From positions 1-64,000 of the forward strand of contig JBNJNM010000017.1 in assembly GCA_052426225.1 (NCBI GenBank): 64,000 nucleotides of DNA, in the 5' to 3' direction. This DNA is from Zancudomyces culisetae HAW-14-8 (taxonomy: Eukaryota; Fungi; Kickxellomycota). The first letter of the stretch is position 1. Every line of letters starts with the position of its first letter. The notes below the pieces were generated by a model. It did no database searches and had not been told where the DNA came from. It worked only from the letters and a program-made list of their open reading frames with translations. Made by a program: the position numbers and the translations under genes. Below, piece after piece: positions 24,815 to 37,352 of the stretch.

Positions 24815-25778
24815 AATAGAGAAATCACAAAAGAACACATTATATTGTGTCAAAAAAAATAAAAATAAAGTAAGGCTGGAATGGATTAATGGACTCAAGC
24901 ACTTGGTGTATGAGTAGTATTTATTTTATATTTAACAAGCATAGTAGTAGTAGAGTAGAGGTGAACGAGAAGATTATAGTAGCTATTTTTTGGCATAGAG
25001 TTTTGACAAGGTACAACGTAAAACTGTGTCAGCCAGTTGGCTATGCGTTTATTTAAAGCCAACGGTTATTTTTTCGAGATATATTTTATGATGGATTAAT
25101 AGATACACTATTTAAATAAAATACATTAAAATACTCAAGTGTATATCAAAGAACCATACCGGATAGACTTTTCTAAAACCCAAACTGTTCTTTGTTTGTT
25201 TTCTCTTGTCTTTTTTAGAAACTTTGTATGTATCTATCTGGCTAAAAAAAGACAAACTTAATAGCGAATAATATAAACGGAATTATTCAAATGCGCTTTT
25301 TGCAATGCTGTAATGCAGGTTCAACCTTCAGTTAAATCCGCTAATGCATAAAAAGAGACATCCATAGGGTTGTAGCTGACTTGACGCATTACAACGCCCC
25401 TGATTGTTATGGGTTATTAAATAACATTAAGTGTGTAATTCATCACTTTTTATGGTACTGCTTTACCAGTGTTGGTCTTGAATCCAAAACTTTGTAGAAT
25501 CGTAATCAGCCCATCACATTTAATACTTTTCCAATTCGTGTTGTGAAATGGGATCACGTGGTGTATACGACTAAAAACAAAGTTACATGCTTCTGTATGT
25601 GATTTACTTGGTATTGGCTGATAGGAGTCACATGATATGTAACCTTTTTTATTAATCAATTAGAGCTAACATTATCCGCTAAACGGCAATAACAAATATA
25701 TGCAGTAAGATGCACTCAAAAGGGTCGCCATCAAAGCTAAAAACACGAGTATCTTGTTTCTTATGTAGTATGCAATGA

Positions 25779-26243
25779 CTAGTACTTGACAGGAAAAGCC
25801 GTTAAAACAAGGTTCCCGACAGCGCTGTTAACTGTGAGCGAAAACGTTTTATACTGGTTCATAGCCTCTAAAGCACTTGTGATAAATTTGTCCCAATAAC
25901 CAGGAGAAAGTACATCAGACTTTAGACGTTGTTGAATTATTGTAAAGCTCCACATTGTGTTTGTCCCAGAGTCAAAAAATAGTTTATTGTTTGGAACCAA
26001 AAATATACCTTGAGCTGGAAAAGATTCTTCTGCTAGGAGTGCGTTCCAAACTAAAGATGCAGTAGACGGGACAGGCTTAAAAAGTGTTCCAACATTCGAG
26101 TTGATCCAGATCGTTGTATCCACATTAGTGGGGCTCTTCATTGAAGCGCATGCTGCCCAACCAGCAGCGTTATTCCCACACGTGATTGCACCTGAACAGG
26201 TAAAAAGTGTTATCAGTGAGACTACGAGCGATTTCCAATGCAT
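25779..26243 (-). CDS. Small secreted protein of unknown function (154 aa)
   Basis: Signal-peptide-like MHWKSLVVSLITLFTCSGA followed by ITCGNNAAGWAAC. Protein-like composition in AT-rich surroundings. Confidence 0.7.
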   Translation of the reverse strand: MHWKSLVVSLITLFTCSGAITCGNNAAGWAACASMKSPTNVDTTIWINSNVGTLFKPVPSTASLVWNALLAEESFPAQGIFLVPNNKLFFDSGTNTMWSFTIIQQRLKSDVLSPGYWDKFITSALEAMNQYKTFSLTVNSAVGNLVLTAFPVKY

Positions 26244-27481
26244 TTTCCTCTCAATTAACGACAAATGTTGTTGATGTAAAACTAAAAATGCGCACAAATG
26301 ATGATGAATATATTTACTACAATGTTTCTGTTATATCTTCCATGTAAAAAAAAGAGGGGCGGGAGGGCTGAGTTATCCTTTTATAGGATCTTTTTTTTTT
26401 CATGGCTATTAACTGAAAGCAAGCATACTCTCCCTTTCATCAATATAAACATTGTAACTCCAATTCTTAAATTAAACTGTAGGAAAGTGCTCGATTTTTC
26501 AAATTAGAACGGAAAGTAAAGCATGAAATTTTGTTACACTAGTCCATCATACCAACTCAAGCCACAATTTATTAGCGTCTACTTATGATTTCTTTCTCTT
26601 TTTTTATGATAGATATTAGGGCAAAGTGTATGCACCTGTAAGGTCAAGATTAGCAACTTGTGTGCATATTCTAGTCGTTATAAAAGATAATGTTCCTATG
26701 AAAACGGAAAAATTGACAAAATGCAGTTGAAAACTACATGTCATCAATTTTAATGCGAATTATAAATTCATTTTTTCTTATTTTGCATTTACATTTACAA
26801 CCGCCATAAGTAAAGGTGTGCAGTTAAGTCGCGGATTTTTCATGAATCAGATACTTATGCAACCCCCAATTCCAATTGTGGGAGAATAGTGAATTTCCCA
26901 CCTATAACACAGCTAAAGTCCGGTCAGATCTAGTTAGGATCTCATGTTGTGTTGCTCATCCCATTCCCATTCCCTTACCCTCACCTAACACATATACCTC
27001 ATGATAGTGCTTTCGACCTAGTGTTGTTTAGCTCAGTTTTGCTTTGGATCCACTTCCTTCGCCTCTTTCCACTGCAGGAATCTGTGATTGTAGTGATAAA
27101 TGTTTTTGAGCATAAACGTGTATATCGAACCATGTGTATTATGCGGTCAAAAGTTGAATAAACATTAGTTTATACACCCCTCCCTTCCCCAGAGACAATT
27201 TACAAAAGCATAGTCACCAAAGGTTTATTCGCACGCCCAAAAGATCAATGTACAAAGCGAGAAAAAAATGATGTTAGCTCTGTAAGTGTATGTAAATAAA
27301 AAATCTTATAGTGTTGATATATGCCAGGAAAAAAGTGCAACTACCCTAATTCATGGCTCCTCATAGCAAAGACTACTTTGTTAGTGGATAGTGGTGACAA
27401 ACTAATGCACTAAATGTGGAGGTAACTTTTGCAAAACTATTTCTCTCCAGTACAAGAACCATATACTCTACTAAGGCTTTG

Positions 27482-28638
27482 CTATACTAGCTCAGTTAAA
27501 CTAGTTATTTTGACGACATTTTCTGCATCATTAAAACTGCTGGCCTTCCGTTTTCTATCCAGCAAAATTGAATTGAAACCTGCCTTCGATGAGGCCAGGT
27601 AGTCGCCAAAGAGATCGTCGCCAATATGGCAAACCTGTTGTGGAATATATTTATTTTCGACAGCAGCCGAGTAAAGTTTCGGATCTGGCTTCTGTAGCTG
27701 CATAGATTCACTGGTAATAATAAAGGAAAAATATCTGTCCAAACCAAAACTCTTAACCACTTGCTTTGTGCGATTGTCGGAATTGGTTATTATCCCCAAT
27801 TTGTACTTGTTTGTGTATAATTCCTGAAGGGTAGGTATTGTGTCTTCGTAAAGGCTAAATCCCGAACTGCCGGAAAAATGTTCGAATAACTCTTCAGATG
27901 CAGAGTCTATGAATTTTTCGATACTAGAGGGATGGACTCCGCCTAGGAACCAAGTTCGTTCAATCACTCTTTTCCACCATTCAAAAGCGTCCATCGAACC
28001 CACACCGTAGCACGGAAATGATCGACCAAGCCGTTCTAGAGCTACGGGAAAGCTTTTTGTTATAAGTGCTTCATCTACAACGACTTTATTCGCTTTAAGA
28101 ATTTTCGACTATTTGTTTATGTTACGCCAAACACTGTAAAACGTAGGGAGGCGGTAGACGTGGCAGAGATAGCAGCAGAGCCACACAGCGAAAAAGAAGC
28201 AGATGGGGATGGTCGTGAGGAAGAGTGCGCAATGAGCACATAGAAGGTCGTCGGATTTAACAGGAAAGTTTAGGGAGGAAAATGAAATCTTTAAGGCGCA
28301 CATTACTACAGCAAGTGTAAGAAAAAAAATATCGAGATGGATAAATACAGAGAAAAAGAAAAAAATTACACGTTCTTTTTATAAAGTAGATAAATAAATA
28401 AACAAAAGTGGTAGTATACCAGTAGACTAGCCCCAGCCTCTTGAAACCAAAGAATATCATCTTTGAGTTCTGGGTTGGTAGAAAAAAACGACTAAGTACT
28501 AAATACTGTAAATGGTAACTGCAAACCCCAGAACTAAGTATATTTATGGAGCAAGAAAATACCCAAAGTGATGTAACCAGTGACTGTTTGATTTGTTTCT
28601 ACTATATGTGAATATGTTTGTAAAATGTTTAGGGACAT
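27482..28638 (-). CDS. HDHD3/REG-2-like HAD hydrolase with non-canonical motif I (~250 aa, 3 exons)
   Basis: Exons 28638-28563, 28469-28420 and 28108-27482 join in frame. FPCYG...WW cap region, motif II ITNSD, motif III QKPDP, motif IV HIGDDLFGD. Motif I reads ITLELKDD. The two 5' exons are inferred. Confidence 0.75.
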
Positions 28639-28669
28639 TTTACTATCAGGTTTTGAACCTTTACATGTT

Positions 28670-29513
28670 CTATCCTCCTTCCCAGAAATCTGGGGACATT
28701 CTCGTAAAAAACCCACCGTTATTACACATTAATACGTCATATCCTCTGTTGCCAAATAAACTGGTGTTTAACAGCAATCTCAATATTATTCGATCTGTAT
28801 TTATCACTGGTAACTGTGTTGAAGCTGTTGGAAATTCGGGATCACAACTAGCAAAAAATAAATTCCTGGATCTTTTTCATACGAAGCTGATAAAATCCTC
28901 GCCAAGGCGACAAGACCTGCGCAGTGGATGGGGTACATTGTATCCGAAGCCGCTTTACTCTGCAAAGCTGGTTTCAAGCTCACTGGTCAGTAATTCATTA
29001 ACTTGTGCACTTGAGTTGCATTTTGGGTATATATTTTTTTTATCAACGCTCAGTTTTTGTGCTCTCTTTTGTTGGTTAGCAAGTAATATTACACGGCCAT
29101 TGTATTTCATCAGCCCCAAAAAGTTGGAGATAAGTTGGCATTTAGAAAATAGTTTTTTTCAATTGCTTGGCTAGCATCATAGCTACCTGCCTCTGTAGAG
29201 GAGGGATAATTGTCACACGTCATTAACATGTCAATACACTGATCTCCAGTGCTGTCTAACAGGTATTCCTTGAACTTCATTGCATCATTTTCTTTGTACT
29301 CAATGTTATAAAAACAGGGGTAATTATAACCGTGCAGTTGGCTCGTTTTGTAGTTTCAGGTGCATGCAATTCTTCTGAGTCTTCATTATTTCCTGGAAAA
29401 CAGACAGCGTAGATGTGAAGATCCTCCTTGGCTGTCAGTGCTAGTCGTCTAGCAATTGCGGAAACCAGATTGGTTCCACCTCCAGTCATCACAAAAACTT
29501 TACTATTCGACAT
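28670..29513 (-). pseudogene. Frameshifted carbonyl-reductase-like short-chain dehydrogenase (SDR)
   Basis: Successive frames give VFVMTGGGTNLVSAIARRL..., YNIEYKENDAMKF...IDMLMTC...AIEKNYFL, ISNFLGLMKYNGRVILLAN, SDTMYPIHCAGLVALARIL and NLFFASCDP. This is SDR element order, but about 4 single-base shifts are needed. Confidence 0.6.
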
Positions 29514-29990
29514 TTGACGGAAAATCGTGGTTTCTTTTGCTTTTTGCTATTTCACTAGTAATCTGGGGAACACAATAGTTACTTCAAAAAAGAACAAAGC
29601 GCATTTTTTATCGTTAACACCTGGCAAATTGCAGATATGAATTTACCTAGAAGAAATTGTTACAAAGTAATTTAGCACTGGAATACAGTAATTTCGTCCA
29701 ATGGCCAGGTACTAGAGCACAGCTTTCATTGGTGAGTAAATTGCTACGACAATAAAACAATAGTGAGAGGCCAATGAAAGTATGTGCACAAGTTGCATTA
29801 TAGAGCCATTCTTTCCCCTCTACTTTCTTGCTTTTGCTTTTTGCTCGTTAACTCTTTTAGCTTCTTATGTGCTAGGTTTACATGATATCACCTAATTATA
29901 CATCTTGATACTCTAATTTTCCTGATAAGGCTGTTTATAAAAATCACTGTAGTACAAAGGAGATCACTAGTCAGAAAAAACAATTCGAGA

Positions 29991-30934
29991 ATGCAAAGAC
30001 TGTTTGGAACAAGCAAACCGAAGGCACCAGAGCCTACAATTAACGACACTTTGAGCTCTGTAAGTGGGTTAAGTCATTTGATTTTGATTTTTTTTATTTA
30101 ATTTCTAGAATATCTTTACTTTTATGTCAAGATGCACGAATCGTCTAAAACAAAGGACGGCCAATCAGCACTATATAGCGAATGAGAAGGAGCATATCGA
30201 ACACGGAATAACAATTTTAGTTTTTATAGATGGATAGTAGAATTTCTGGTCTTGAGGAAAAGGTTAAAAAGTATGATTCAGAACTAAGTGCACTAAACAT
30301 TCAATTAAAAAAATTACCTGAGGGTGGCTCAAAGGTATTTATTTTATACGTGAAACCTTAGCATAAGTATCAACTAGTGGAGTTACTATCCTTCACCTCA
30401 ACCTGGCTAATTTTTCCCACTATTACTGTTTTCTAGAATATCTTGAGGCAGAAAGCGATGAGAATATTAAAGCAAAAAAAGCAAATTGAAGGACAAATCG
30501 AATCCATATACTCACAGAAGTTCACAATCGAAAGCAGTGTTATAGCTACAGATAATTTAAAGGCGACATATTCTACTATTAAAGCAATGGAAGTTACTAG
30601 CAAGGAGCTTAGAGCCCAATCAAAAAAAGTCAATATCGATAAAATATATAGCCTGCAGGATGAAATCGCCATGTATATGGAGCAAGCTGACGAGTTTAAT
30701 GAGATCCTTACTAGAGACTATGCTACACCAGTAGATATTGACGAAGATATGCTTGAAGCAGAATTGGAAGCTTTGGGCACGGAGATTGAACTAGAAAAGC
30801 AAATAGAGGACGAAAAATCGGGTATACCGTCCTATTTAGCTCCCAGCTCAGGTGAAACTACTAACCTTGGGGCTGAGACTGAGGAACTTCCTAACACCGA
30901 GAAGCCTACCCAACTGAATACGCTTTCGGGTTGA
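29991..30934 (+). CDS. VPS60: ESCRT-III subunit Vps60/CHMP5 (223 aa, 3 exons)
   Basis: Exons 29991-30059, 30230-30334 and 30437-30934 give MQRLFGTSKPKAPEPTINDTLSS-MDSRISGLEEKVKKYDSEL...LRQKAMRILKQKK...DEDMLEAELEAL...PSYL. Confidence 0.93.
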
Positions 30935-31610
30935 TGTTACTATTCTGGCTATAGAATATTTACTTGGTTTTTTTTTAAAATGACACGGTCCCTATTTCAT
31001 ATGTATCATTCCTCTCTTGGATTGGTGTCGAAAAAATGTTACCATCGTATTAGACATTAATCAAATACCCGCGTTTTATCGTCTCCACTGATGTCATTTT
31101 TTTTGGGAGAGGGAAGGATAGGAGGATTTATGTGTGAGTGTACGCTATTGCACCGAAGAATTAATAGCCGCTTAAGGTCCTATTTATATTTGGCTGCTTC
31201 ATACGCTCAGGTGATCGAATACTTTAATTATATTTTACCTTGCCACCGCCTGTTTCGCGTGAGCTGGATTATTTTTTTTTAAACATAATACTTTCAAGTG
31301 TTGAGAATTTTTTTTTCTTGTGTTGGAGTAAAGCCTCAATACATGTGCATTTAAAAAAGAAAAAATAATTCGTCACATCAAACATTCAAGTATTGAAGGA
31401 ACGTAATGGTAAAACCGGACAAAGTACTATATATTTTGAAAGTTAAGTATTAAAAGAGATGCTAGTTATCTGTATATATGAATAGAGATTGCGGTTGGAT
31501 AAATCGCGAATAAGTATAATACCAAGTTAATTAAAGTTTGTAATACTCAAAAATATATGGCCTACTTGCTGTTATTGTTAGTTATGAATATATTGAGTAA
31601 AACCTAATAC

Positions 31611-34481
31611 TTAATGTACATCAAGTTTGGAGCGCATAGTCTCTGAAAGTTCAACGACCATCATTGCAGCTTCATTAAATGAGGTTGAATTACTTGAACC
31701 ACGGTCCAAACCTGTGCCGCCTAGGTTTAATTTTGTAGGCTCATTTTTTTGTTTATTTGTGATATCGATTTGTGTACTAGAAGTTGTTCCAAATTGTGAG
31801 TGCCCGCCTCTGTATGATGAAATACTTTCCGTGTATATGTTCATCGGTTTATTATTTCCGCTGTACTTTTCCTCACTAAAGAGCTGGGAATTTGGAATTT
31901 GTGTATATGTATCATATCTTGTTTTTGAAAACTTGCTATTCATCTCAACTGTAGATGTTTCGTAATTGTGTTCAGCAGCTACTAAAGATGCTTCTCCTAA
32001 CCTACTGATGTTACCATAGTTTTGTTCTGCCAAGCTCTGATCAGTTGATGTTTGTGATAACCGATCGCTAATAGTCCTAGACATTACAACAGTACGCGCA
32101 TCGAGACCATGTGTAGGATATTCCATACCTAGTGTTGCGGATGCTTCTGAGCGTGAGATTGAAGGACCGACTCTTGAGCTGCTTTTATTAAAGCCGCTTT
32201 GCTGCAATGACACAGATGCTCCAGAATCTACAACATTGTTTCCGTTTGAACTATTGATAGTGTTAATTGTTAAATGTGGGTTGTTAGCATATCCACGATG
32301 TGAAACTGGTCTAAGTAGTGATCTTATTCTGTTGGATGTAGGAAGGACTTTGTCAATCAACGTGTATATTCGATCGAACTCTGACCCAAAATTCTCTTTT
32401 GTCGCTCTGTCCAGCTCAAATCGTGTAACATCCTCAGTTGATAACATGCTATAAATATTTGTATCCTTTCTTCCTGGTCTTTCACGTGTTGGTTTTTCTG
32501 GGTCATGTGAATTTGTAGATTGGATAACCCTGTATACATTAGGATTGACTATCACTGCTGAATAGTTTGGCCTTCGTTTTCTAAACTCGGTGATGAGATC
32601 CAGAAGAAGAGTTAGATGAAGCTCGGGGTTAAAGTCATCCTTTTGCAGTAAAAGCCTGTCACTCGAAGAGCATATGTATGTTAGAAGTAGCGATGTAATG
32701 CGCGAGTTGCTAGTTGATTTTAGCGATTCGTGTTTAGCTATACTAGTGCATATTTCAAACCATGCTGAAAATAGTCCATCTTCAACATTTCCTATTTCTA
32801 TTGTATCTAGACTGATTAACTTTGATGCTGGCGGTGGTATCTTGTAAATAAGCCTGTAAAAAGCTGCTCCAACATCAAGCAAAAGGGCCATACACAAGAG
32901 TCTTAGATCAGGTGATGGATTGTCACAAAGACTCCATGCTAACCCCAAACTTTGTACAGCCTGCAGTGAAGAGTCCTCGATTTCAGATATTCTGTTTTCT
33001 ATGTACTCTGGATCGGATCTTTTAGGGTTGTCCAAAAACACCAACTGTAGGTCCTGTTCACTACAATGCACAAGAACATGTAGAAGCATGGGTAGTGTCA
33101 GCTTTACTCCACCAGTGCTGACTTCGCTTTCAGCACCATATGATTGATGAGATGAGACATTACTTATAAGTGCGTTTGCTCTTGGAACAATTTTTTTCCA
33201 TAGAGTATACAGGTGCTCAATCTCGCTATCACTTAAATCTAATTTTAACCGTCTGACGTTTAATATAGAGCTTAGATATTGGTTGTTGTTGACTACTATT
33301 GCTTTAGCATACACTTTTTCTGGATCTAGACTGCACTCTTGATCCAAATTTTGATCTTCAATATCATTTAGATTAATCCATTTAGAACCAATACTTAGTA
33401 ATGACTGTTGTGCAAGTGCAAAGTATCTTTCTGTTTGGCCGAGCATAGTTAGTATCGCTATCTCTTTTATAACTGCAATTCTTTCGTCAACATCAATGTG
33501 CGATTTGACTAACCTTGACCTAATTTGGGTTTTCTCTTCCTTTCCAATAATTCTACACCTTATTGCTTCGTTTAAAACCATATTAATCATTCTTCTAAAC
33601 GCTTTTGCTTTTTCAAACTCGGTCACACGCTCTGTATGCAATAGACAGCATAATGGATTACAACATCTCTTTTTTGTACAGTGCAGAGGATATTTGGCAT
33701 CATATAACATCAGATTTACATTTATCATAAAGATATGATCAATTACAGACGGTTGATCCACTTTCACTAGTTCGTTCAGCTTCCACTTTGCCACCAAATC
33801 TAGGTTTAGCTTTGTACTTTTACAGGCATCAGCAACTAGGTACGCTATATCTTCCAGATATCCCGGAGTTGAACGTCTTGTAGCTTCTTGAATTCTTTTT
33901 GTTACTCTGCATCTAATTTCATAGCTGAGAAGTTCATCATTGAAGTATTTTTTAAACAACAACTCATTAACGTGTTGCATAAAAGCCAAAACATAGTTTC
34001 TTTCTTTTTTTGGTGCATCTCTGGCATCAAAATTACTGATGTTTCTGTATATCAGGCTCGGTTGATTAACGTCATAGTGACTTTCGTCTTTGCTTGCATC
34101 GTACACATCTCTACTTTTGCCTCTGGTCACACCTGATTCGTATTTAGAGCTGTGGTTTTCGTCTTCATTTCCTTTTGCATATTTGAAAAACTCGTCATAA
34201 TCTGTGGTATAACTCTTATAACCAAATGACTTGCTTGGCATGTTTTCTAGCTTTCCAGAAGAAAGTGTCTTGTTTGCTGGTGAGGAGTTGAAACTTTTGT
34301 TGGTATCGCTTTCGTATCCCCGACTTGATGAATGCAGTTTTTCGTTCAACTTGGTCATAATTTTTTTACCGCTTTTTAAAGCCTGCATGTATCTAATTTG
34401 CCTGTTTTTGCTTGAGTTTTCGACCAAGTTTAACACTAACTTGTGATCATCAACATCATTTACCATTTTTTTGCTAATCAT
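31611..34481 (-). CDS. Hypothetical protein, 956 aa
   Basis: Long uninterrupted ORF with a helical core containing a Cys/His cluster and Ser/Asn-rich disordered ends. No family recognised. Confidence 0.8.
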   Translation of the reverse strand: MISKKMVNDVDDHKLVLNLVENSSKNRQIRYMQALKSGKKIMTKLNEKLHSSSRGYESDTNKSFNSSPANKTLSSGKLENMPSKSFGYKSYTTDYDEFFKYAKGNEDENHSSKYESGVTRGKSRDVYDASKDESHYDVNQPSLIYRNISNFDARDAPKKERNYVLAFMQHVNELLFKKYFNDELLSYEIRCRVTKRIQEATRRSTPGYLEDIAYLVADACKSTKLNLDLVAKWKLNELVKVDQPSVIDHIFMINVNLMLYDAKYPLHCTKKRCCNPLCCLLHTERVTEFEKAKAFRRMINMVLNEAIRCRIIGKEEKTQIRSRLVKSHIDVDERIAVIKEIAILTMLGQTERYFALAQQSLLSIGSKWINLNDIEDQNLDQECSLDPEKVYAKAIVVNNNQYLSSILNVRRLKLDLSDSEIEHLYTLWKKIVPRANALISNVSSHQSYGAESEVSTGGVKLTLPMLLHVLVHCSEQDLQLVFLDNPKRSDPEYIENRISEIEDSSLQAVQSLGLAWSLCDNPSPDLRLLCMALLLDVGAAFYRLIYKIPPPASKLISLDTIEIGNVEDGLFSAWFEICTSIAKHESLKSTSNSRITSLLLTYICSSSDRLLLQKDDFNPELHLTLLLDLITEFRKRRPNYSAVIVNPNVYRVIQSTNSHDPEKPTRERPGRKDTNIYSMLSTEDVTRFELDRATKENFGSEFDRIYTLIDKVLPTSNRIRSLLRPVSHRGYANNPHLTINTINSSNGNNVVDSGASVSLQQSGFNKSSSRVGPSISRSEASATLGMEYPTHGLDARTVVMSRTISDRLSQTSTDQSLAEQNYGNISRLGEASLVAAEHNYETSTVEMNSKFSKTRYDTYTQIPNSQLFSEEKYSGNNKPMNIYTESISSYRGGHSQFGTTSSTQIDITNKQKNEPTKLNLGGTGLDRGSSNSTSFNEAAMMVVELSETMRSKLDVH

Positions 34482-37352
34482 TATAATAATATAATATCAG
34501 TATTGTGTTAATGTTGAAATTATTTTGCTATCTCCTTTGTACTGCTTCGCCGCAATACTCCCATCTACGTATTATACCAAAACTATACCAAATATAGCCC
34601 AATAAGTGAGAAACAAAACAGAAAGTGAGGGGAAAATATCTCGCTCTAGTAAAATGTTTGCTTTTACGTAGGTTTTTTTTTAGCTTGCTAGGCCTATATC
34701 TTCAGGAGGACCTTAAAGATGTCTGCTTGTATCTAGATGAGTATCACCCTCCAAAAAGGAACTTATTCCACATTCAATACTATCCTATTTTTTTTAATCT
34801 CACTTCAGGTACAAAAAGTTCTGGTGTACTCTTGGTCGCTTTACACTTTTTGTTCAGCAATGGATGGAAATTTTTGTTGAATAAAGTGTTGAGTTGTGTA
34901 TACGACTGAGCTTTTTTTTTTGTAGTATGCGTAGATGTAATAAGAAAATATTATTGTACACTATAACACGCTCAAAATGCTGAAGTTATATACCACCACT
35001 GTGTTTTATATTGTTTTTTCGAGATATTACTCTTAAACCTGCCTTTAGACTTTGCTTGTTCTTTGCACTTGCTTTTTCTGTAAATAACTTCTTTTGATAT
35101 TCAGTTGGATAAGGGTTAATGCCTATTACACTCCAAATCAAAAAGTAGAGGGGTTGAGGTATAAATAATACATAAAAGCCAATGCTGCTTCAAAGGTTAT
35201 ATGCGTTTTATAGTCTTTGGTAGTAATGGTGATTGTTGTTTATATTAAAGTAAATATCCACTGGTATTAATTTAAACAATTCGAATATGTTGCTGGATTC
35301 AGAATAAATAATGTTCGTAGTATCTGGATATACTATACTGTCTAATCTGTCGCCTATTCTGATTCTTAGTTTTGAATTTATTTTTTTTGGAATATAATAT
35401 ACCCTGAGTTGGAACAAAGTTTTGTCTACTGATAAATCACACCCTAACCCTTATATTACATTACTTCAGGTCTGGTGAAAAAAAGGGGTTTCTAAAAATT
35501 CGTGTTTGCATGACAGTACCTTCATCAGAACTATGATATTTATTATTAACAACTTTTATAAACCCGCTCAAAGGATAACCGTAACTATTTAGATTACCTT
35601 TGCATTTAGTTTTACTCCTTGTGTTTAACGTGTGGTAGTCAAAAAAAAACACATATTAAATACGGATAATATTTCCATCATGGAGTTAAAAGTAGGTATT
35701 AAGTTTCATTTGAGGAAAAATCATTTGAAAAGAAAGGTCAACTTTAGTAGTGATGTTTTATCGGTCACAGCATCCTGGTATCGCAAAGCTAACCGCGTTT
35801 CAGAAAACTATATTTTTAGGTTTGTGGATATCCTTGAAATGCTAATTTCCTTTTTCATATTGCTGGCTAATCTTTATATTTGATTAGATGTAATTCAAAG
35901 CCGCTTTATTTAGCATAACCAGATATCTACGCTGTGTGTATTGTATTTATTTGCCTTTGTTTGACATATTGCTGCTATTTTCATATCTATTACCCCACCC
36001 TGCTTGATTGAAAAATGTTTTTTTTTTCGATACAAAAAGTGTGAGGGTCCACTGGCCAAGACATTTATTAAAGTAGGTTTTCAAAAAAGCTACATGTCTA
36101 AAAAGACGGATAACTTTATGTTGGTAAACTGAGCAAATAATATACATCATATACAATGATCATAAAAAAGCGATAACTTGATACACAAACACTTTTTGTA
36201 GTAAGCAGTGATAGGCCAAAATTGTGATTTTATTAGCACTTAAACCCAAACCCGCAAAATAGTGGTGTTATGGTTATTTTTCAATTTTAGAAAGATGTAT
36301 CACACAGTTGTATTGTGGCTATCTTGCAGATTTTGTTTTGAAAACCTGTATATAAAAAGATATCTACTTCCTTCAGCGACTAAAAAGCAATTCAACGTGA
36401 CCTAGCGAGTCAGAATTACAAAAGTATTTATTCTACGGGTTAGTTTCTTTGTCCCCCCCAAAAAAATGAAAGCGGCAAGTCTTGAGTTGTATATCTACCA
36501 TGAGATCTATTACACAAAAAAAGTAATCATTTCATAAACAAACTCATAACATATGTATGAAACTCTTAAACAATAACTTTGCACAATACTTTTACCCTCT
36601 GGCTTATCATTCTAGCTAACTGTATATGCGTTTTTTTTTAAATCAGTTTAAAACTTTTGCTTGTAAAAGTGGTTGTATACAAATTGCTGTGGAGAGATGT
36701 AGTCTATCTGAATATTTTAAATCCCCCTCCCATGCTTCGATGGAAGCAAGAGGAGAGAAAAAATTATAGCCACTTGTTGACGACACATTTCTCTGATGTG
36801 ACAAATAAACTCAAGGGATAGATTTGTGTTACAATTATGGTGTAGCCAGGCAACTCCTAAAGGTGTGCAGATATGGGGGCGCACAAAGGACATTTGAAAT
36901 CCTTTTTTCTACTTTCTAGAAAAGAGAGTACACTCAAGGCTAAAATTAAACGTAAAGCGTCAGAATTGCTGTAAAAAAATGTTCAAAAAGTGGTTCTTAT
37001 CAAACACATATTCAGCTCTCAATAAAGTGACCTATTTTACAATGCAAAGCATAATGACTGCCAAAAGTCATTATGATAAAATTAAATAAAGCGCTTTGAG
37101 TAATCAGCGTGAACCTGTACCTCATAAACCCCATATATTGCACTTGGAACATTGTTCTGCGTCCCCTCACAATAGATGTACATACGCTGAACAGGAGTAA
37201 AAACTTAAATGATAACGTTGTGATTTCTTAAAAAGAATAATGTCTAATACAAATAAAATGTAAGTCCAAGATATTTGGAGTAACTTCTATACATTCTTGA
37301 ACAGTATAAACAACTGGTGCTATTGTACTCCAGCTGAAAAAAAGGTAACTAT

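Noticed and set aside
26877-26901. GGGAAATTC hairpin resembling RNase P CR-I (minus strand)
   Set aside because: It is a simple local hairpin with no matching CR-V or P4 partner seen.
28210-28245. GTGAGGAAGAG resembling U3 snoRNA box C'
   Set aside because: No box A, B, C or D in the right arrangement.
28593-29174. 193-aa + strand ORF
   Set aside because: TTG start, no recognisable features, and it lies antisense to the SDR relic.
35200-35900. Cluster of short ORFs as a possible gene
   Set aside because: Many stops in all frames, with no motif or consistent splice model.
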